The notes under the pieces are model-generated. The model was not told the DNA's origin, did not search any database, and saw only the letters and a list, made by a program, of their open reading frames with translations. 64,000 nt of DNA, taken from Christensenella sp. UBA7584. GTDB taxonomy: Bacteria; Bacillota; Clostridia; Christensenellales; UBA1242. Below are positions 19,184 to 32,300 of the stretch, piece by piece. Position 1 is the first letter of the stretch. Each line of letters starts with the position of its first letter. A program made the translations under genes and the position numbers. Location: contig DLKQ01000013.1 in NCBI GenBank assembly GCA_002477805.1, forward strand, positions 13,420 through 77,419, written 5' to 3'.

Positions 19184-19335
19184 TAATGGGGAAAGTTGGT
19201 GGCATATGTTATAAATTAAGCTTTACAGAGCGAAAAATTTTAAACCTTAAAATACTTTTGCTTGTATGCTTGTTTAAATTTGTCACTACCAAAATGAATT
19301 TAAAATTAGTTCGATGAAATTAGAGCATAGTGATA

Positions 19336-19869
19336 TTACTTTTTGTCGTCCTCGTCATCGTCATCATCTTCCTCGTCCTCCTCATCATCTTCGTCATCGT
19401 CGTCGTCCTCGTCTTCGTCATCATCTTCATCATCGTCATCATCATCGTCATCAAGGTCGTCAAAACCAAGGTCATCATCGTCCATTGAAATATCAAGGTC
19501 AAGGTCATCAAGGTCACCACTAATATCATCTTCGTCTGAGATACCCATCATATCGCCAAACTCATCATCTTCTTTGAGTCTGTCGTTTTCGTAATCATCA
19601 ACATTTTCATCTTCATCTAAGGCATCTGTACCACTAAGGCTTCGATCCAAATCCCTTTCTCTGGCACAACTTGCACACATATCTTCATCTTCACGAATGT
19701 AGTTGGTTTTACAAATTGGACATATTTCAAAATCAACGCCTAGGTCTATATCTCCATCTTCATCACCATTTCGGTAAGCTGATTCCACTTCTCGCTTACA
19801 AACAGAGCAAAGTTTGTCCTTTTTTAAAATAAAGTTAAGTTCACATCTTGGACATCTGATATACTGCAT
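19336..19869 (-). CDS. Double zinc-ribbon protein with an extreme poly-Asp/Glu C-terminal tail
   Basis: Start moved to MQYIRCPRC (AAGAGGAAGG RBS). Four CxxC pairs: CPRC, CSVC, CPIC, CASC. The last ~70 aa are almost entirely D/E. Confidence 0.75.
   Translation of the reverse strand: MQYIRCPRCELNFILKKDKLCSVCKREVESAYRNGDEDGDIDLGVDFEICPICKTNYIREDEDMCASCARERDLDRSLSGTDALDEDENVDDYENDRLKEDDEFGDMMGISDEDDISGDLDDLDLDISMDDDDLGFDDLDDDDDDDDEDDDEDEDDDDDEDDEEDEEDDDDDEDDKK
19345..19500. repeat. Imperfect (GAN)n trinucleotide tract encoding the poly-D/E tail
   Basis: Runs of tcgtcatcgtcatcatcttcctcgtcctc... Several alternative frames across the tract are open, which produces the artefact ORFs at 19314, 19320 and 19343. 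Confidence 0.8.
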
Positions 19870-20160
19870 ACCTTCCTCTTTGTTATCCAAAACACACCTC
19901 CGAAAATTTAATTTGGCTTTATTATAGTTTAATGTAAAAAAAAAGTCCACTAATTTTAAGCAATTTTTAAAAATAATTTACCATTTTTTTTATTTTCTAT
20001 ACAAAAACTAAAAAAAGCGTGAAAATTTCACAACTTTTTTATTTACTTTGATGGTAAAGTTTTTTCATAAAAATGCAATTAAATGTTAAATATTTGTAGG
20101 AAAGCGACAAAAATTTGTGACTTTATGCCAAAAAAATGATAGGAATGTGTCTTAAATTTA

Positions 20161-20952
20161 TTATGCAGACTCAATTAGCATTTTATCCGCAACAAGTGCG
20201 ATAAATTCACCATTTGTAGGCTTGTCGTTTGCTCCATAAACTTGCAAGCCAAAAACATCATTTATATTTTCAATTTTCCCTCTATTCCAAGCAACCTCAA
20301 TTGCGTGACGAATAGCACGTTCCACCTTGCTTGGACTGGTCGAAAAACGCTCAGCGATATTCGGATACAACTTTTTAGTTATACTATTAATAATATCTGG
20401 GCTGTCCACGGTCATTTTTATGGCCTCACGCAAAAACTGATAGCCTTTGATGTGAGCAGGAATTCCAACTGTAATAAATATATTTGAAATTCGCTCGTCC
20501 ATATTATGCTGAGCTCTAAAACCTTTGTATTCAGCCACAACACTTGAAACACGCTGTTGAACTGGGCTAGTAGTTTTACCCCAATTCCCAAATTGCTCTT
20601 TTATAACCCTATCAAGGTCAGTTTCACTACAAGGCTTTACCACAAAATAACTTGCGCCCATTTGCATTGCTTTGTGAACAAAATTTGAACTTGAAAGCGC
20701 AGTGCAGACAATAATTTTAGGAACTTTTTCGAGCTGTGTGATTTCTTCCAAAACAGCATAGCCATCTTTGTTTGGTAAAACCAAATCAAGTAAAACAGCA
20801 TCAGGCTGGCACTCTTTTACTACACTGGTCGCGATGTTACCATCGCTCACTTCTTGTAAAAGTTCGAAATCGTCACTATTTGAAAAGTGGTTCTGAGCAA
20901 GCTCTTTCATTTGTTGACTATCATCAATAATAACTAGCTTTATTTTTTCCAT
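20161..20952 (-). CDS. spo0A: Stage 0 sporulation protein A (response regulator)
   Basis: N-terminal receiver domain (IIDDS..., DAVLLDLVLPNKDG). The C-terminal Spo0A-specific DNA-binding domain reads ITVGIPAHIKGYQFLREAI...SKVERAIRHAIEVAW. GGAGG RBS. Confidence 0.95.
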   Translation of the reverse strand: MEKIKLVIIDDSQQMKELAQNHFSNSDDFELLQEVSDGNIATSVVKECQPDAVLLDLVLPNKDGYAVLEEITQLEKVPKIIVCTALSSSNFVHKAMQMGASYFVVKPCSETDLDRVIKEQFGNWGKTTSPVQQRVSSVVAEYKGFRAQHNMDERISNIFITVGIPAHIKGYQFLREAIKMTVDSPDIINSITKKLYPNIAERFSTSPSKVERAIRHAIEVAWNRGKIENINDVFGLQVYGANDKPTNGEFIALVADKMLIESA

Positions 20953-21075
20953 TTTAAATCCTCCAAAAAAGTCCCGTGTGGAACATTAGTAATTTCAATT
21001 TAACATTGTTTTCAGCCTTTTGGGCGGTGACAAATATTGTTTTTTGCGGGAAATATGACTTTTAATGGTGAAGTA

Positions 21076-21082
21076 TGTCGAA
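21076..21082 (+). promoter_or_regulatory. Perfect 0A-box heptamer TGTCGAA upstream of spo0A
   Basis: An exact match to the Bacillus 0A-box consensus TGNCGAA, ~125 nt upstream of the spo0A start. It is a single heptamer, so chance cannot be excluded. Confidence 0.3.
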
Positions 21083-21373
21083 GGAGCTTTAAATTTCAAA
21101 AAATGTATACATAGTTGCAAAAAAATAAGGTATAACCGCTAATTTTTGTGGGGATAGTGCAAAAAAAGTGATATTTTGTAGAAAAACAAAAAAAGTTTTC
21201 CAACAATTTTAACTAAAAAAGACACCAAAAAAACGTAGCAAGACAAAAACCGAAAAAGCCAAATAATTTTAAAATGATAAATTCTAAATTATAAACGCAA
21301 ATTTGATAAGATATAAGATGAAGGAAAATAAAAAGACAATCAACAATGTTACTTAAAAATTTATATTTACAAA

Positions 21374-21400
21374 TGAAAAAAGGAATTTAAAAATTCCTTC
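21374..21400 (-). terminator. Intrinsic terminator of cvpA
   Basis: Minus strand: AAGGAAT-ttttaa-ATTCCTTTTTTC, starting 9 nt after the stop. Confidence 0.7.
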
Positions 21401-21408
21401 CATAATAG

Positions 21409-22080
21409 TTAGCCAAAGAAGAATGGTAAAATTGTGTTTTGCATTAATGATTTGACCCAACCATAGAATGTCTCAGCGACAGGGTTTTGTCCAAGCATAT
21501 TGTCCACCCACGCCCCAAGCGGGGTAATAAAACTGCCCAAACAGAACACAATAGCCATTGCAATAAAGATATACAAAAATCCTTTTGCGAGCCCCAAAGT
21601 TGTACCAAAAATTCGGTCTAAAACACTGATTCCACGAGATTTTGTAAGTTTGCTTACTATTTTTGATAAAATGAAAAGCACAATTCGAATGAGAATATAA
21701 AGGATTATCACACAAATCACGATTGTTATAAGATTTCCTACTTTAAAAGCAAAATCTGCAGAAAGCGTTTCTACTGGTGGGTTCGTACTTAGATAGTCCG
21801 AACCCAAAAATACTGCAATCAGCTGTGCTATCCAGCCCCCTGTATAATCATTTGTGCTAAAAAAGTTCAGAAAGGTTGGTTCAAGGCTTCCACCGATACT
21901 TGCTGTCAGTCCAAACCAACTATCAAAAAGCCCCGAAAGTGGTTTTGCAAGCCATATTGCAAGAACTAAAGTTACAAGAGTGGAAAAAAGGGACAAGAAG
22001 GTTCGCATAAAGCCTTTGATAAAGCCCAATAGTCCAAAAAGTACCAAAATGCCAATTACGAGAATATCTAACCAGACCAT
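21409..22080 (-). CDS. cvpA: CvpA-family membrane protein
   Basis: Start moved to MVWLDILVIGILVLFGLLGFIKGF (GGAGGGTGG RBS), a typical CvpA N-terminus. Four to five TM helices. Confidence 0.7.
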   Translation of the reverse strand: MVWLDILVIGILVLFGLLGFIKGFMRTFLSLFSTLVTLVLAIWLAKPLSGLFDSWFGLTASIGGSLEPTFLNFFSTNDYTGGWIAQLIAVFLGSDYLSTNPPVETLSADFAFKVGNLITIVICVIILYILIRIVLFILSKIVSKLTKSRGISVLDRIFGTTLGLAKGFLYIFIAMAIVFCLGSFITPLGAWVDNMLGQNPVAETFYGWVKSLMQNTILPFFFG

Positions 22081-22242
22081 TTTCCACCCTCCATTTGTTA
22101 AAGAATAACATAATTTGCAAATTTTTTCAAGTTTATACACTAAAAATTTACCAACAAGCACACTTTTAGACAATATTTTTTCCTTTATATTGAATAGAAT
22201 CCAAAAATCGGCTAAAAATTGGATTAACAAGGAGAATTTATT

Positions 22243-22776
22243 ATGAATATTTCGTGGTCAGCTTGGGGAACACCTATAGAACTTATTTCAAAACAACTTG
22301 AAGAAATTTTTTATGAAAAACCAATAATTTTGTGTCTTGGAAGCGACAAAGTTTTAGAAGATTGTCTTGGCCCTCTTTGTGGAACAATGCTTTCAAAACT
22401 TGGGTATCAGGGTTTTGTTTATGGAACTTTGGAAGCTCCTATTTTTTGCCAAAATGTTGAATGTGCATTTAATTTTGTAAAAGCTGTTCACCCAAATCGA
22501 AAAATTTTAGTTATTGACGCGAGTACAACAAAAGATTCAGATAGGCTGGGAAAAATTGTGCTCGCAAAAAACTATCAACCATTTAATTTAAATTTGAAAA
22601 ATGTTAATTTAAAAGCAGATTGGTTTTTGTTTGGAGTTTGTAGTACAAATCAAGGTTTGAGTCTTGCTGGTTCTAGAATGGCAATCGTTCAAAAAATTGC
22701 AGACACTATTTGCAGTGCAATAATAAAAACTCAAAACGCGTGCCTATTTGAGAATAGAACCGCACAATTTGTTTAA
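22243..22776 (+). CDS. yyaC: Putative sporulation protein YyaC (DUF1256, GPR-protease-like fold)
   Basis: ILCLGSDKVLEDCLGPLCGTML and ILVIDAS match, from memory, the YyaC family signature. AAGGAG RBS. Confidence 0.7.
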   Translation: MNISWSAWGTPIELISKQLEEIFYEKPIILCLGSDKVLEDCLGPLCGTMLSKLGYQGFVYGTLEAPIFCQNVECAFNFVKAVHPNRKILVIDASTTKDSDRLGKIVLAKNYQPFNLNLKNVNLKADWFLFGVCSTNQGLSLAGSRMAIVQKIADTICSAIIKTQNACLFENRTAQFV

Positions 22777-22977
22777 TGTAAACCAAAAAGAAAACATTTT
22801 TATTTGAATTATTTTAGAAATGCTTAGATAAAACTATTTTTAAACTAAGCATTTGTAATTATTGGGATTGTTGATAACGCAAATTTAATAACAGATAGGA
22901 AAAGCCTATGCGTAACAATTTTTTGTTTTTTGTTTGCTTAACATTTTATGCTTAGCTAAAAACAATTTTTTTGATTA

Positions 22978-23117
22978 ACTAAAATACTAATCTTGAAGAT
23001 TTTTAATTTTGGGCTTATAAATTTTTTTATAATTTTTTAAATAAAATTCCAGCTAAAGAGAAAATTAATTTTACTCAATCAGTAAACCAAAAGAAATCCA
23101 CTCAGACTACCTATTAG
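22978..23117 (+). repeat. Intergenic repeat family, copy C (~140 nt, most diverged)
   Basis: Starts ACTAAAATAC and ends CCTATTAG. The core GAGAAAATTAATTTTACTCAATCAGTAAACC aligns with copy B's GAGAAAATTAAATCTATTTATCAGTAAACC. A terminator follows 16 nt downstream. Confidence 0.6.
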
Positions 23118-23132
23118 CTTTATATAATACAA

Positions 23133-23165
23133 AAAAGGATTAGAACTGAGTTCTAACCCTTTTTT
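23133..23165. terminator. Bidirectional intrinsic terminator (ends the giant gene; closes repeat C)
   Basis: AAAAGGaTTAGAAC-tga-GTTCTAAcCCTTTT. Confidence 0.65.
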
Positions 23166-23369
23166 ATATCACTAGATAAAGGCATTTTTAATTTAACTTT
23201 ATACTATGTCTTTGTTAAAATTTATTTTTGAAATTAGCATATTTTTTGATGTTAATTTTACTGCAACTTGACTTACAGCAAGAAGGCAAAACTTGTAGCC
23301 CAGCTCTGTTTTTCGAATGTTTGATTACAGTTTAGACTATGCAAAGGCAATAATTTTTTTGCATACTTA

Positions 23370-26300
23370 TTACTGTTTAGACATTCCAGCAGGTTGTTGT
23401 TCAAGCACATACGCGTATCCACTACCCTGCTGTTTAAAGTCTACAATACCGCGATACAAACTTGATTTTTCGCTTTCAGTCATATCTGATAAGTTTTTAT
23501 CGCAAAGTTTGTATGTTGTACCCTCTCGTATGTAATAATTTAGGTACTCTCGTGGGTCAGAAATTTGACCTGAAACTTGTTCGAAATAAATTGTAGGTGT
23601 CACTTTAGGAAGTCCTACATTGTTGTCATTACAACCAACCAATATTCCAACACCAACAAAATATGTTGTACCACTAGAAATTGTTGGAATTTCATCAATG
23701 CGGTTATTGTAATTTGTATTATGATACCACATATACCAAGTTTGTTTTGGCGACTTGAAGTCAGTATAATCATTTGTGTGTCCATCAGTGCCATACTGAT
23801 AAGTTTTCGCTCCAAAATATGAAAGTGTCAAAACCTGGTCAGTGTTATCACGTACGAATGTAACAGTAGCACTACTCATCTCACCTTTCATCTCACCTTT
23901 ATTTTCACTTAACCCAACAAAGCCACCGATAAGTATTCCACCCGCAATTTGCGATTTGTGGCTAATGCTAAATTTTGTAGTTATGTTCCCTCTGTTAATT
24001 CCAACTGCGCCACCTATTGCATATGAACTAACTGAGCTATTTCCAACTTTTCCGTTTACCGCACCACTGAATGCACTTGTTCCGCTAAATGTTCCTTCGT
24101 TGAGACCAACAATTCCGCCAAGAATTCCTTGTGCAATAATGGTGTTTCCAGCACCGACACTGTTTGTTCCAGTCAAGGAAGACATATTGTTCCCAACAAG
24201 ACCTCCGACATTTACACCAGTGGATACAATTACGTTTGAAGTAGCCTCTCCACCGTCTGTCTTGAGGGCTTCAAGGACTACATTTTGAGTAATACCGCCT
24301 GTACTATTGAGACCAACAATTCCACCGATATTATCTTTCCCTTGAATTTTGTCCGCACTTGAAATATTTACATTACAGCCTGAAATTGTTCCTTGGTTTT
24401 GTCCAACAAGACCTCCGAGAACGCTTCCTGCTTCACCGCTTTCACTAGTTGCGTTTATTGTTGTTGCATAAACTCTACTATTTGTAATTTCTGAAGTGTT
24501 TAGTCCAACCAAACCACCAAAGTTCATTTCTGCGCTTAAATTTGTTTCTTGAGTAATCGTGTTTCCCGACACAAAAGCTCCGTCAATAGTGCCAGTGTTT
24601 TTACCTACAAATCCACCAACGCTAAGCCGTCCACCGAGCGATGAAGAAGTGATAACACTCTTTGTAACTGTTCCCGACAGTTTTGCACTATTAATTCCAA
24701 CAAATCCACCGATATTTTCATTACCACTAATTGTAATAGCATTTACTATTGGAGTACTTTGAGTTAATGTAATATTTTCTTTGTTTTGTCCAATAGCACC
24801 ACCAACATTTGTACCACCCGTAATAGTGATGCCTGTAATCAAATTTTCACCGTCCAATTCCAAAATTTGACCATTATTTAAACCAACAATTCCACCAACA
24901 TTGACAGAATTTTCTGCATTAATTTCAAGTTTTCCCGTAACTTGATAGCCCGAAATTTTACCTTCGTTAAATCCAACTACTGTACCAATACTTGTACCTG
25001 TTAAATTCCACCTCTTTGAAGTTTCGTAACCAAGTTTAACTCTTACAATGCTTGCGTTTTTCTCATTATAACCTGCAACCATTCCGATGTTTTTGAGAGC
25101 ATTACTTGTTAATACACCACTTAGAGTAATGTCACTAATAATTGCTTTGTTTGTTCCAACAAAACCTATATTTGAGTCATTTTCTGAAGCGGTTATTTTT
25201 ACGTCTTTCATATTTATGTTCGAAATCTCACCTGAGTTAACTCCAATCAAGCCAACATTTGTGTGACTGCCCAGTGCTGAAGTATCCAGTTTGGTTAGTT
25301 CAGAGCCCTGAGTTCTACTTTCAAATGTAACATCTTTTATCGTTGACTTGTTTTCAGCAAGTAAAAGTCCTGCTGGAGTACTATCTGAATCTGTTTTGGT
25401 ATAAGTTACTTTTATTGTTTGCCCATCAAGCGCTTTGACTAGCAAGTTTTGAATAACAGCATCTGTTTCATTGATTGATGTAATTACTCCAACATCTTGC
25501 TCTGCTGAAAGTGTAAGCACACCTACTACTTGAGATGTATTGGAAGCAGTGCCAACATCTAGATTTCCAATTTCTTGAAGGTTGATACCAGCGACACCAC
25601 CCACAAAACGCTTTCCAAACAAAGTTGAGCTATTAATTACAAATTTCTGAACTTTTCCATTATTCTTTCCGACAATTCCACCGACATATTCTGAAACACT
25701 TGCCGAAGCCACTGGCTGACCGACCGAATCTAGCGTTGCGATGATAATGTCGCTTGCTTCTGCCGAAATAACACCTGTTTCCACGAGCCCAGTTGATTCA
25801 CTTTGTGCTGTGTCATTTAGACCTACAATTCCACCAACATTTGTGCTAACGCTATTTATTGTAACACCGCTCACTGCGGTTTTAATTGTGCCTAGGTTGT
25901 AACCAGCAAATCCACCAATATTACTATCTGTTTGTGTGGTGTTAATAATAATTCTATTATCTTCACCACCATTATACATTATGCTATCTAGCGTTTTGAG
26001 GTTGTAACCAACAATTCCACCAATATTTTTGCTTTGAGCTGTTGAATTAATGTTAATATTTGCCTTAAATGATTTTACTATGCTTGTAGAAGTTATTTGA
26101 ACTGACGAACTTGCACTAACACCAATAATTCCACCTATATTTTCGCTTTCGCCATTAATTTGTAGTGAAATTGCTCCAATTGTACTTTCGGCTGTATGAA
26201 CTTTGATTTGTCCTTCGCCCGAAGCAGAACCGATAATTCCACCAAGATTTTTAACAGCCTCATTTGCAGTAATGTTAATTGTTCCCGCAAGGTGAAGGGC

Positions 26301-29300
26301 GTCGCCAATAGGACTTTCCTCTCCTTGTGTGCTACCCGTAATTACACCGACAGCTCCACCAACATTAGCACTTTCGCTTTGAAGAGTTAGATTTAGTGCA
26401 CCTGATGACCTAATAATGACTTCACCCGTTGCAACACCTTTTCCGATAATTCCTCCAAGATTTTCACAGCTATCTGCAACAATAATTTCCACTTCGTCCG
26501 TAATTGTAATCTTGCTAAACCTATTGTCTACCGAACCAACAACGCCTCCTATTGCATTAATGTCTTTACCCTTTTTAATCACAAGATTTTTAATTTTGTT
26601 TGTAGAAATAATTCCGCCTTTTAACTCTACGACCTCGTTATTCTCATTATCAATATGTGTTGTAACATAACCACTGTTTCGACCAGCGACACCTCCAACT
26701 GTTCCTCCGTCAGAGATAATTGAAACATTTTCAATACTGATTTCTTCACAAATACCTTGGTTGCGACCTATAACTGTTCCAACACTTCCGTTTATAGAAC
26801 TAATTGAACTATTTGAAACTGTGATGTTTTTAATTGTACCCAAGTTTTCACCCGCAACAATTCCGCCAACGTATTCGCTAACAAGGCTAACTTGGTTAAA
26901 TTTTAAGTTTTTGATTGTTCCATTAAATACGCTTATAAGTCCAGTGTTTTCTAGTCCACTGACATCATCAATGATAAAGTTGTAAATTGTGTTATTGTTT
27001 CCGTTTATGTCTAGTTTTATTTCTTGATTTCCGCTTGTTAAGTCAGGAACTTTGTATCCAAGCATATTAATACTTCCTGAAAGGTTAATGTGATAAGTAA
27101 AGCCATTTCCGCCACTTCGAGCAAAATATTGAAGGATTGCTGAATATTGTTTTATATCATTTATCTCAAGAGTAACGTCCAAGCCACTGGTACTAATCTC
27201 ACCTGTTGTTCCGTTTACATCTAAGGTTGCCAATGTTGGAACAAAACATCTAAGTGCAATATTTCCTGTAGTTAAATGATTTGTTTCGCCTGGGTTATTT
27301 GGTCTTAGTGCCCAAGTATGAACAAAGTCAAAGCTATCAGACATTGCAACAATATTATCATAATTAACCGTTCTTTTAGCTGGGTCACTTGAACCCTGTC
27401 CACTTGTATCAATAACATAATTTTCAGTTACACAGTCGGTAATTTGACCGCCACCCGAATTCGCAAACATTTCAATTTCACCTTGTTTTGTAATATAAAC
27501 TTTAGAAATTGTACCTGCGTTTATGTTTGCAACCAAACCACTTGTTGCAGTGCTATCTTTAAATCCAAGCTGTGTAATCTGACCACTATTCGTTCCCACA
27601 AAAGCTGAAGTGCTACCCAAAATGTAATGTCCATCTCCGTCAATTGTGCCTTTAAAGTCTAGCATCGAAAGTGACAAATCTTGAATATTGCTACTTGCCT
27701 CTAAGATAGTACTAATTAAGCTATAATCCATATCTCTAATTAGCCTATATTTATAAACTCCTGCTAAACTTAAGTTGGTTGAACTTGTCCTAAGCGCCCA
27801 AACAAGTTGACTTTCATTATTAATTAAGAATGGACTATCTTTTCCACTAGAATCACGAGTTCCATTTCCTGTTTCAATCATATTTGTTTCAGTTGAAAGG
27901 TAAGGAAGCCCATAGTTCAAGTAATCACGACTGAGCCAAATCCCTGGTGTCATTGAGCCATTTGTTTTTTCGTTTAAAACAACGCCTGTTGTAATGTTGT
28001 ATGTTTGCCCATATTCGTTTGCACCATAGCGTTGCTCATAAACGCTAAACTCGTCACCAATAAGTGTATCTTTCTTTTGAATTGGTTTGTTAATTTTTCC
28101 GATGTAATAAATATTTTTACACAGGCTATCACTACCAGACCAATCACCCAAAATAGCTCCGCCACTACCTTTAATTGTGGCTGATGAATAAGCGTTTAAT
28201 AGGTTAGCCTGTCCAGAAATGCTTGTTTCTAGCGGAATTGCAACATTTTTAACCACTTTTCCAATCAAACCACCAGCATAAGCCTTTTCAGTAGCATAAT
28301 TGTTAATTGTTCCACTAAAGTAACAATCTTTAAGTGTGTAGTTTTGATTATTTTCGTTATTGTAACCAACCAGTCCACCAACTGCAAAGTAGTTTTGGTC
28401 ACTTCCTGAAAAGCTAATGTCAACTTTTGAACTTGAAGCAATGATTTGTCCAGAGTTTACACCAACAAGCCCGCCGACTATGTTTCCTATTTGCTCTGTA
28501 GTAATAATTGTGATTAGACCTTTTGTACTAGAACCAAAAATTACACCTTGCTCACTTAGATTTGCGGTAATAATACCTATCCTAGTTTGTTTTAGTTCAC
28601 CACTTGCACTTAGTCCAATATAAATTGTAGAAGTTGCATTTACGCCCGAAATTGCACTTTGTCCGATTATCTCACCAAAAAGTCCCATATCCGAAACAGC
28701 TTGGCTACTTCCATAAATAGAATCATAGCTCGTAGTTGTAATACTTCGTCCAGTACCATTATAAAAGCCTTGAAGTATCACATTTTGAGTTAGTGGAACA
28801 TCTTGCAAGTTTGCACTTTGAATATACCACTTGTAATTTTCTTTTGTCCAACCGTTTGCCCAAGCTATGTCTTCAGTATAACTTGAAGGCATTGCCATTG
28901 CTAAAAATTGACCTACGTTACTGATTTGAACCGGCTTGATTTTTGTTCCATAAAGAGCATTTTCAAAAAGTTCGACATATTTCGAGTAAAACTGCGTTCT
29001 TTCGGCAGTTGGCTCAAATTGTATTCTTGGATACTTGTCTGAACCAAATTTGAAAATTGAATATTGGTCGTTTGCGTCTAACAGTTCAAAACTAGTTGAT
29101 GATGATGAATCATAATACAAAAAGCTTGTACTAGTTTGTCCACATTTTGCCTTGTCTGATGCTGTCAGACTCAAATACTTGTCGAAATACACATTTTTAA
29201 CATTATCATTATCTCTACTATTGAAATTCGTTGGTGTTTGATAAGCAAAACCGTCAATATTTGTAAGGAGTGAATTGTTAAATATACTTGCAAAAGAAAC

Positions 29301-32300
29301 ATCGTTACGCATTATCAAATTGTTTGAATTTACACCAAGGCTACCCGCAAAACCACCAATTTGTTGATTTTCAGTTCCGCTTGATAATGCTGTCCAGTTG
29401 TTTTTCTCGTTTGAAAGTCGCATATTTGCAAAAGTAATACAATTGTCAATTTGTCCGTTAATTCTACCAGCAAAACCTCCAATTGAAAGGTCTTTTTCAT
29501 TTGATTCAATTGTTAAATCAACATCACCAAACATCATTACATTTGTGGTCACTGAATTTGTAATTTCTCCAGCAAAACCACCAACAACCGCTTTGTGCTT
29601 TGCTCCTATTACATTCACTTTTGCGTTTGCAAACGCTGTCTCTATATTAACATTACTTGCATAACCCACAAAGCTACCAACATTCATTGGCGAAATTCGG
29701 TCAATATCAATATTCCCGACAAAGTAATCGCCTTCTATTAACATATTTCTTCCAACACTTGCTTCTACAAAACCGATACTTCCACCAACATAAACTTCTG
29801 GATTTAAAATCGGTTCACATTCTAGTTTTGTTTTTGAAGCATTAAGTGTACAGTTGTAATCTTCTAGCACAAATTTTGTTCCACTCGCAACAAGTGTTCC
29901 ATCATCTGTATAAACATTACCAAAAGCGTCAATAGTATAAACCATTCCATTTAACACAAATTGATTATTTTCTATACTTAAAGTTTGTTTACCCGCATTA
30001 ACTACAGTGAGTTTTGCTTCAACATTGCTATTTAGGATAGAACCTTTTTCTTTGGCGAGCAGTGTATAACTACCAACAAGTCCACCAATATATTTTGCAC
30101 TAGATTTGAGGATATTTTCCTTTTTCCAAGTTTGTAAAAGTGTATTATTTTGAATTTCAAAAGATTTTCTGCCAATATTAAATGTTTGGTATGTAACAGA
30201 ACCTGACTCACTTGATATGGTAACAGTTTTTATGTCTGCAACCTTTGTGCCACCACTTAAAAGACTATTTCCACTTATATTATAACTCTTTCCATCAATA
30301 GTAAATTCTGAGCCAAGTGATTCTACTTCAACACGACTAAAGTCTTCTAGAACTTGTACATTTGAAATTACTGAATCCTCAGCGTAACCAACCATAATAC
30401 CTGCATAACTTGTAGCATTGAGAGCAGATGGCACCCAACTGAAGTTTACGCCCGAAACTACTACATCTTTAATTGTTGCATTTTTGATGTAAGCAAAAAG
30501 TCCAATTCCTGATGCGTTGTATGTTGAGTCGGTTGGCATTGTAATATTATAAAGAACGTGAGTGGTTGTAACCCCATCTTGTGTTGATGTACCTGTAAAT
30601 GAACCAGTGAAAGGTTTTGACGCTGAACCAATTGGAGAATACTCTACACCAGTAAAGTCAAGGTCAGCCATTAGAACATAATTTGATTTGAGCGAATTTT
30701 TTATATTTTGATAATCTTCAACTGTCCAAATCTCAATTACATCAGGATTTGGAAGAGGTTTGTAAATTGGCATACCTGCAAAGTCATAATTTGTGTTCTT
30801 GTAGAAAAGTGAATCATCACTTAATGTAAATACTGTTCCATAGTTGTAAACAAGCCAATTTTCGAACACACGGTCAGCTTGCTTTAGAAGCCTTGTCTTT
30901 AAGTCTGGTTCGTCTTGCTCTTTTACTTGCGTGCTTGTGTTTTGATAGCTGTATGTGTACGCTTCAAACCTTGTAAGTCCTGTTGCAACATCACTCGTTC
31001 CTAAGCCAGCACCAACCGCTTTTATTTCTAGTCCATTTGAAGCTTTTTTCGTTTTATCTGGTTGATAATTGTAAATTTCTTTTACATAAAAGTTTTCTTC
31101 ACCAGAAAGTCCAATACCATTACCTTCTGCAACGAGTAACTCGTATTCTTCGTTTGAAATTGTGCTGTGCATTTCGCTGATTTTATCGCTGACAATTTCA
31201 CCGATAAGACCACCAAACTTTCCGTTTTCTTTAATGAGTGTTAACTTGTCATAATCCGAAACAGACCAGTTGTTCATCGCAACAAGGTGCGAAATTGTTG
31301 TGTGAATTTCATCATTTTTCATTCCGTTATAGACTGATTTGTTTGGAACAATTTCGATTGGGAATGGGTCAGAAATATCAGATGAGACATCTCCCATTCC
31401 GCAAACAAGGCCTATCGCTCCACCTAGAGTTCCAGACTTGGTTGAAAGCACACTACCTGTCACATAACAAGTATCAATTTCACCACCAACTGAAATTCCA
31501 ACAAGTCCTCCCGCAACTTTTGCTGTACTATTTGCCACTTTTACTTTGTTAAAGCTGTTTGCAATAATCCCTGATTGCATATCATAAATGTACCCAATAT
31601 TAATTCCAACAAGTCCACCTATTGCCTTACTATTATATTGAAACATATTTATGTTTGCATTAGCCGAAGTAAATCCAACGCCTGTCGACTTGTCCATTTC
31701 GTCTTGAACTTCTTCATCATAAACAAGCCTTGCGTAATTTAATACACCGTGGTTTTCACCAACAATTCCACCAGCATATCTAACTGCTTTGATAATGCTA
31801 CCTACTTCTACAACTTTTTTTATGTTGTTTGCAAAACTTGTAGCACCTAATAAGCCAACCACACCGCCAGCGGTTGTTCCGATAACTTCACTTTCGCCAC
31901 TCACTTTAATGTTTGAAATATGAGCATCGTTAAAGTCCTCGCGGGTTATGTTTAACTTTTCGGCAACATAACTCTTTAAATCAACAACACCAAACACTGC
32001 ACCAGCGTAGCAAAGCTGACTATCTGGATTACCAGAGTTTGCAATTTTGTAAAGCCTCAAAAGGTCTGCATTGTAAATTAGTTTTACTGTTTGCGAATTT
32101 CCAAAAACAGCAGTAACTGAAATTGAACTATCGACATTACTAATTCGTGATGTACCCGTAACTTTTCCAATTACACCACCAACAATATTCTTTCCGATTA
32201 CAATCGAATTTGTACTTTTTGCGTAAACATTAATATTATTTATGCTAACATTTTCCACTTCTCCAGCAAGTGCACCAACTTTTGTAACAAGAGCTGCTGT

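Noticed and set aside
19314-19594. His/Arg-rich (19314-19523 +), poly-Ser (19343-19594 +) and Met/Thr-rich (19320-19529 -) ORFs
   Set aside because: They are frame artefacts of the (GAN)n tract. Only the minus-strand frame with zinc ribbons, a proper RBS and a non-repetitive N-terminal half looks like a gene.
23225-23240. 16-nt identity TTTTTGAAATTAGCAT shared with 48800-48815, plus similar short A/T-rich identities between intergenic regions (e.g. TTACATCTCATTTA at ~48764 and ~59309)
   Set aside because: With this base composition, dozens of 14-16-nt exact repeats are expected by chance in 64 kb. The flanks do not align.
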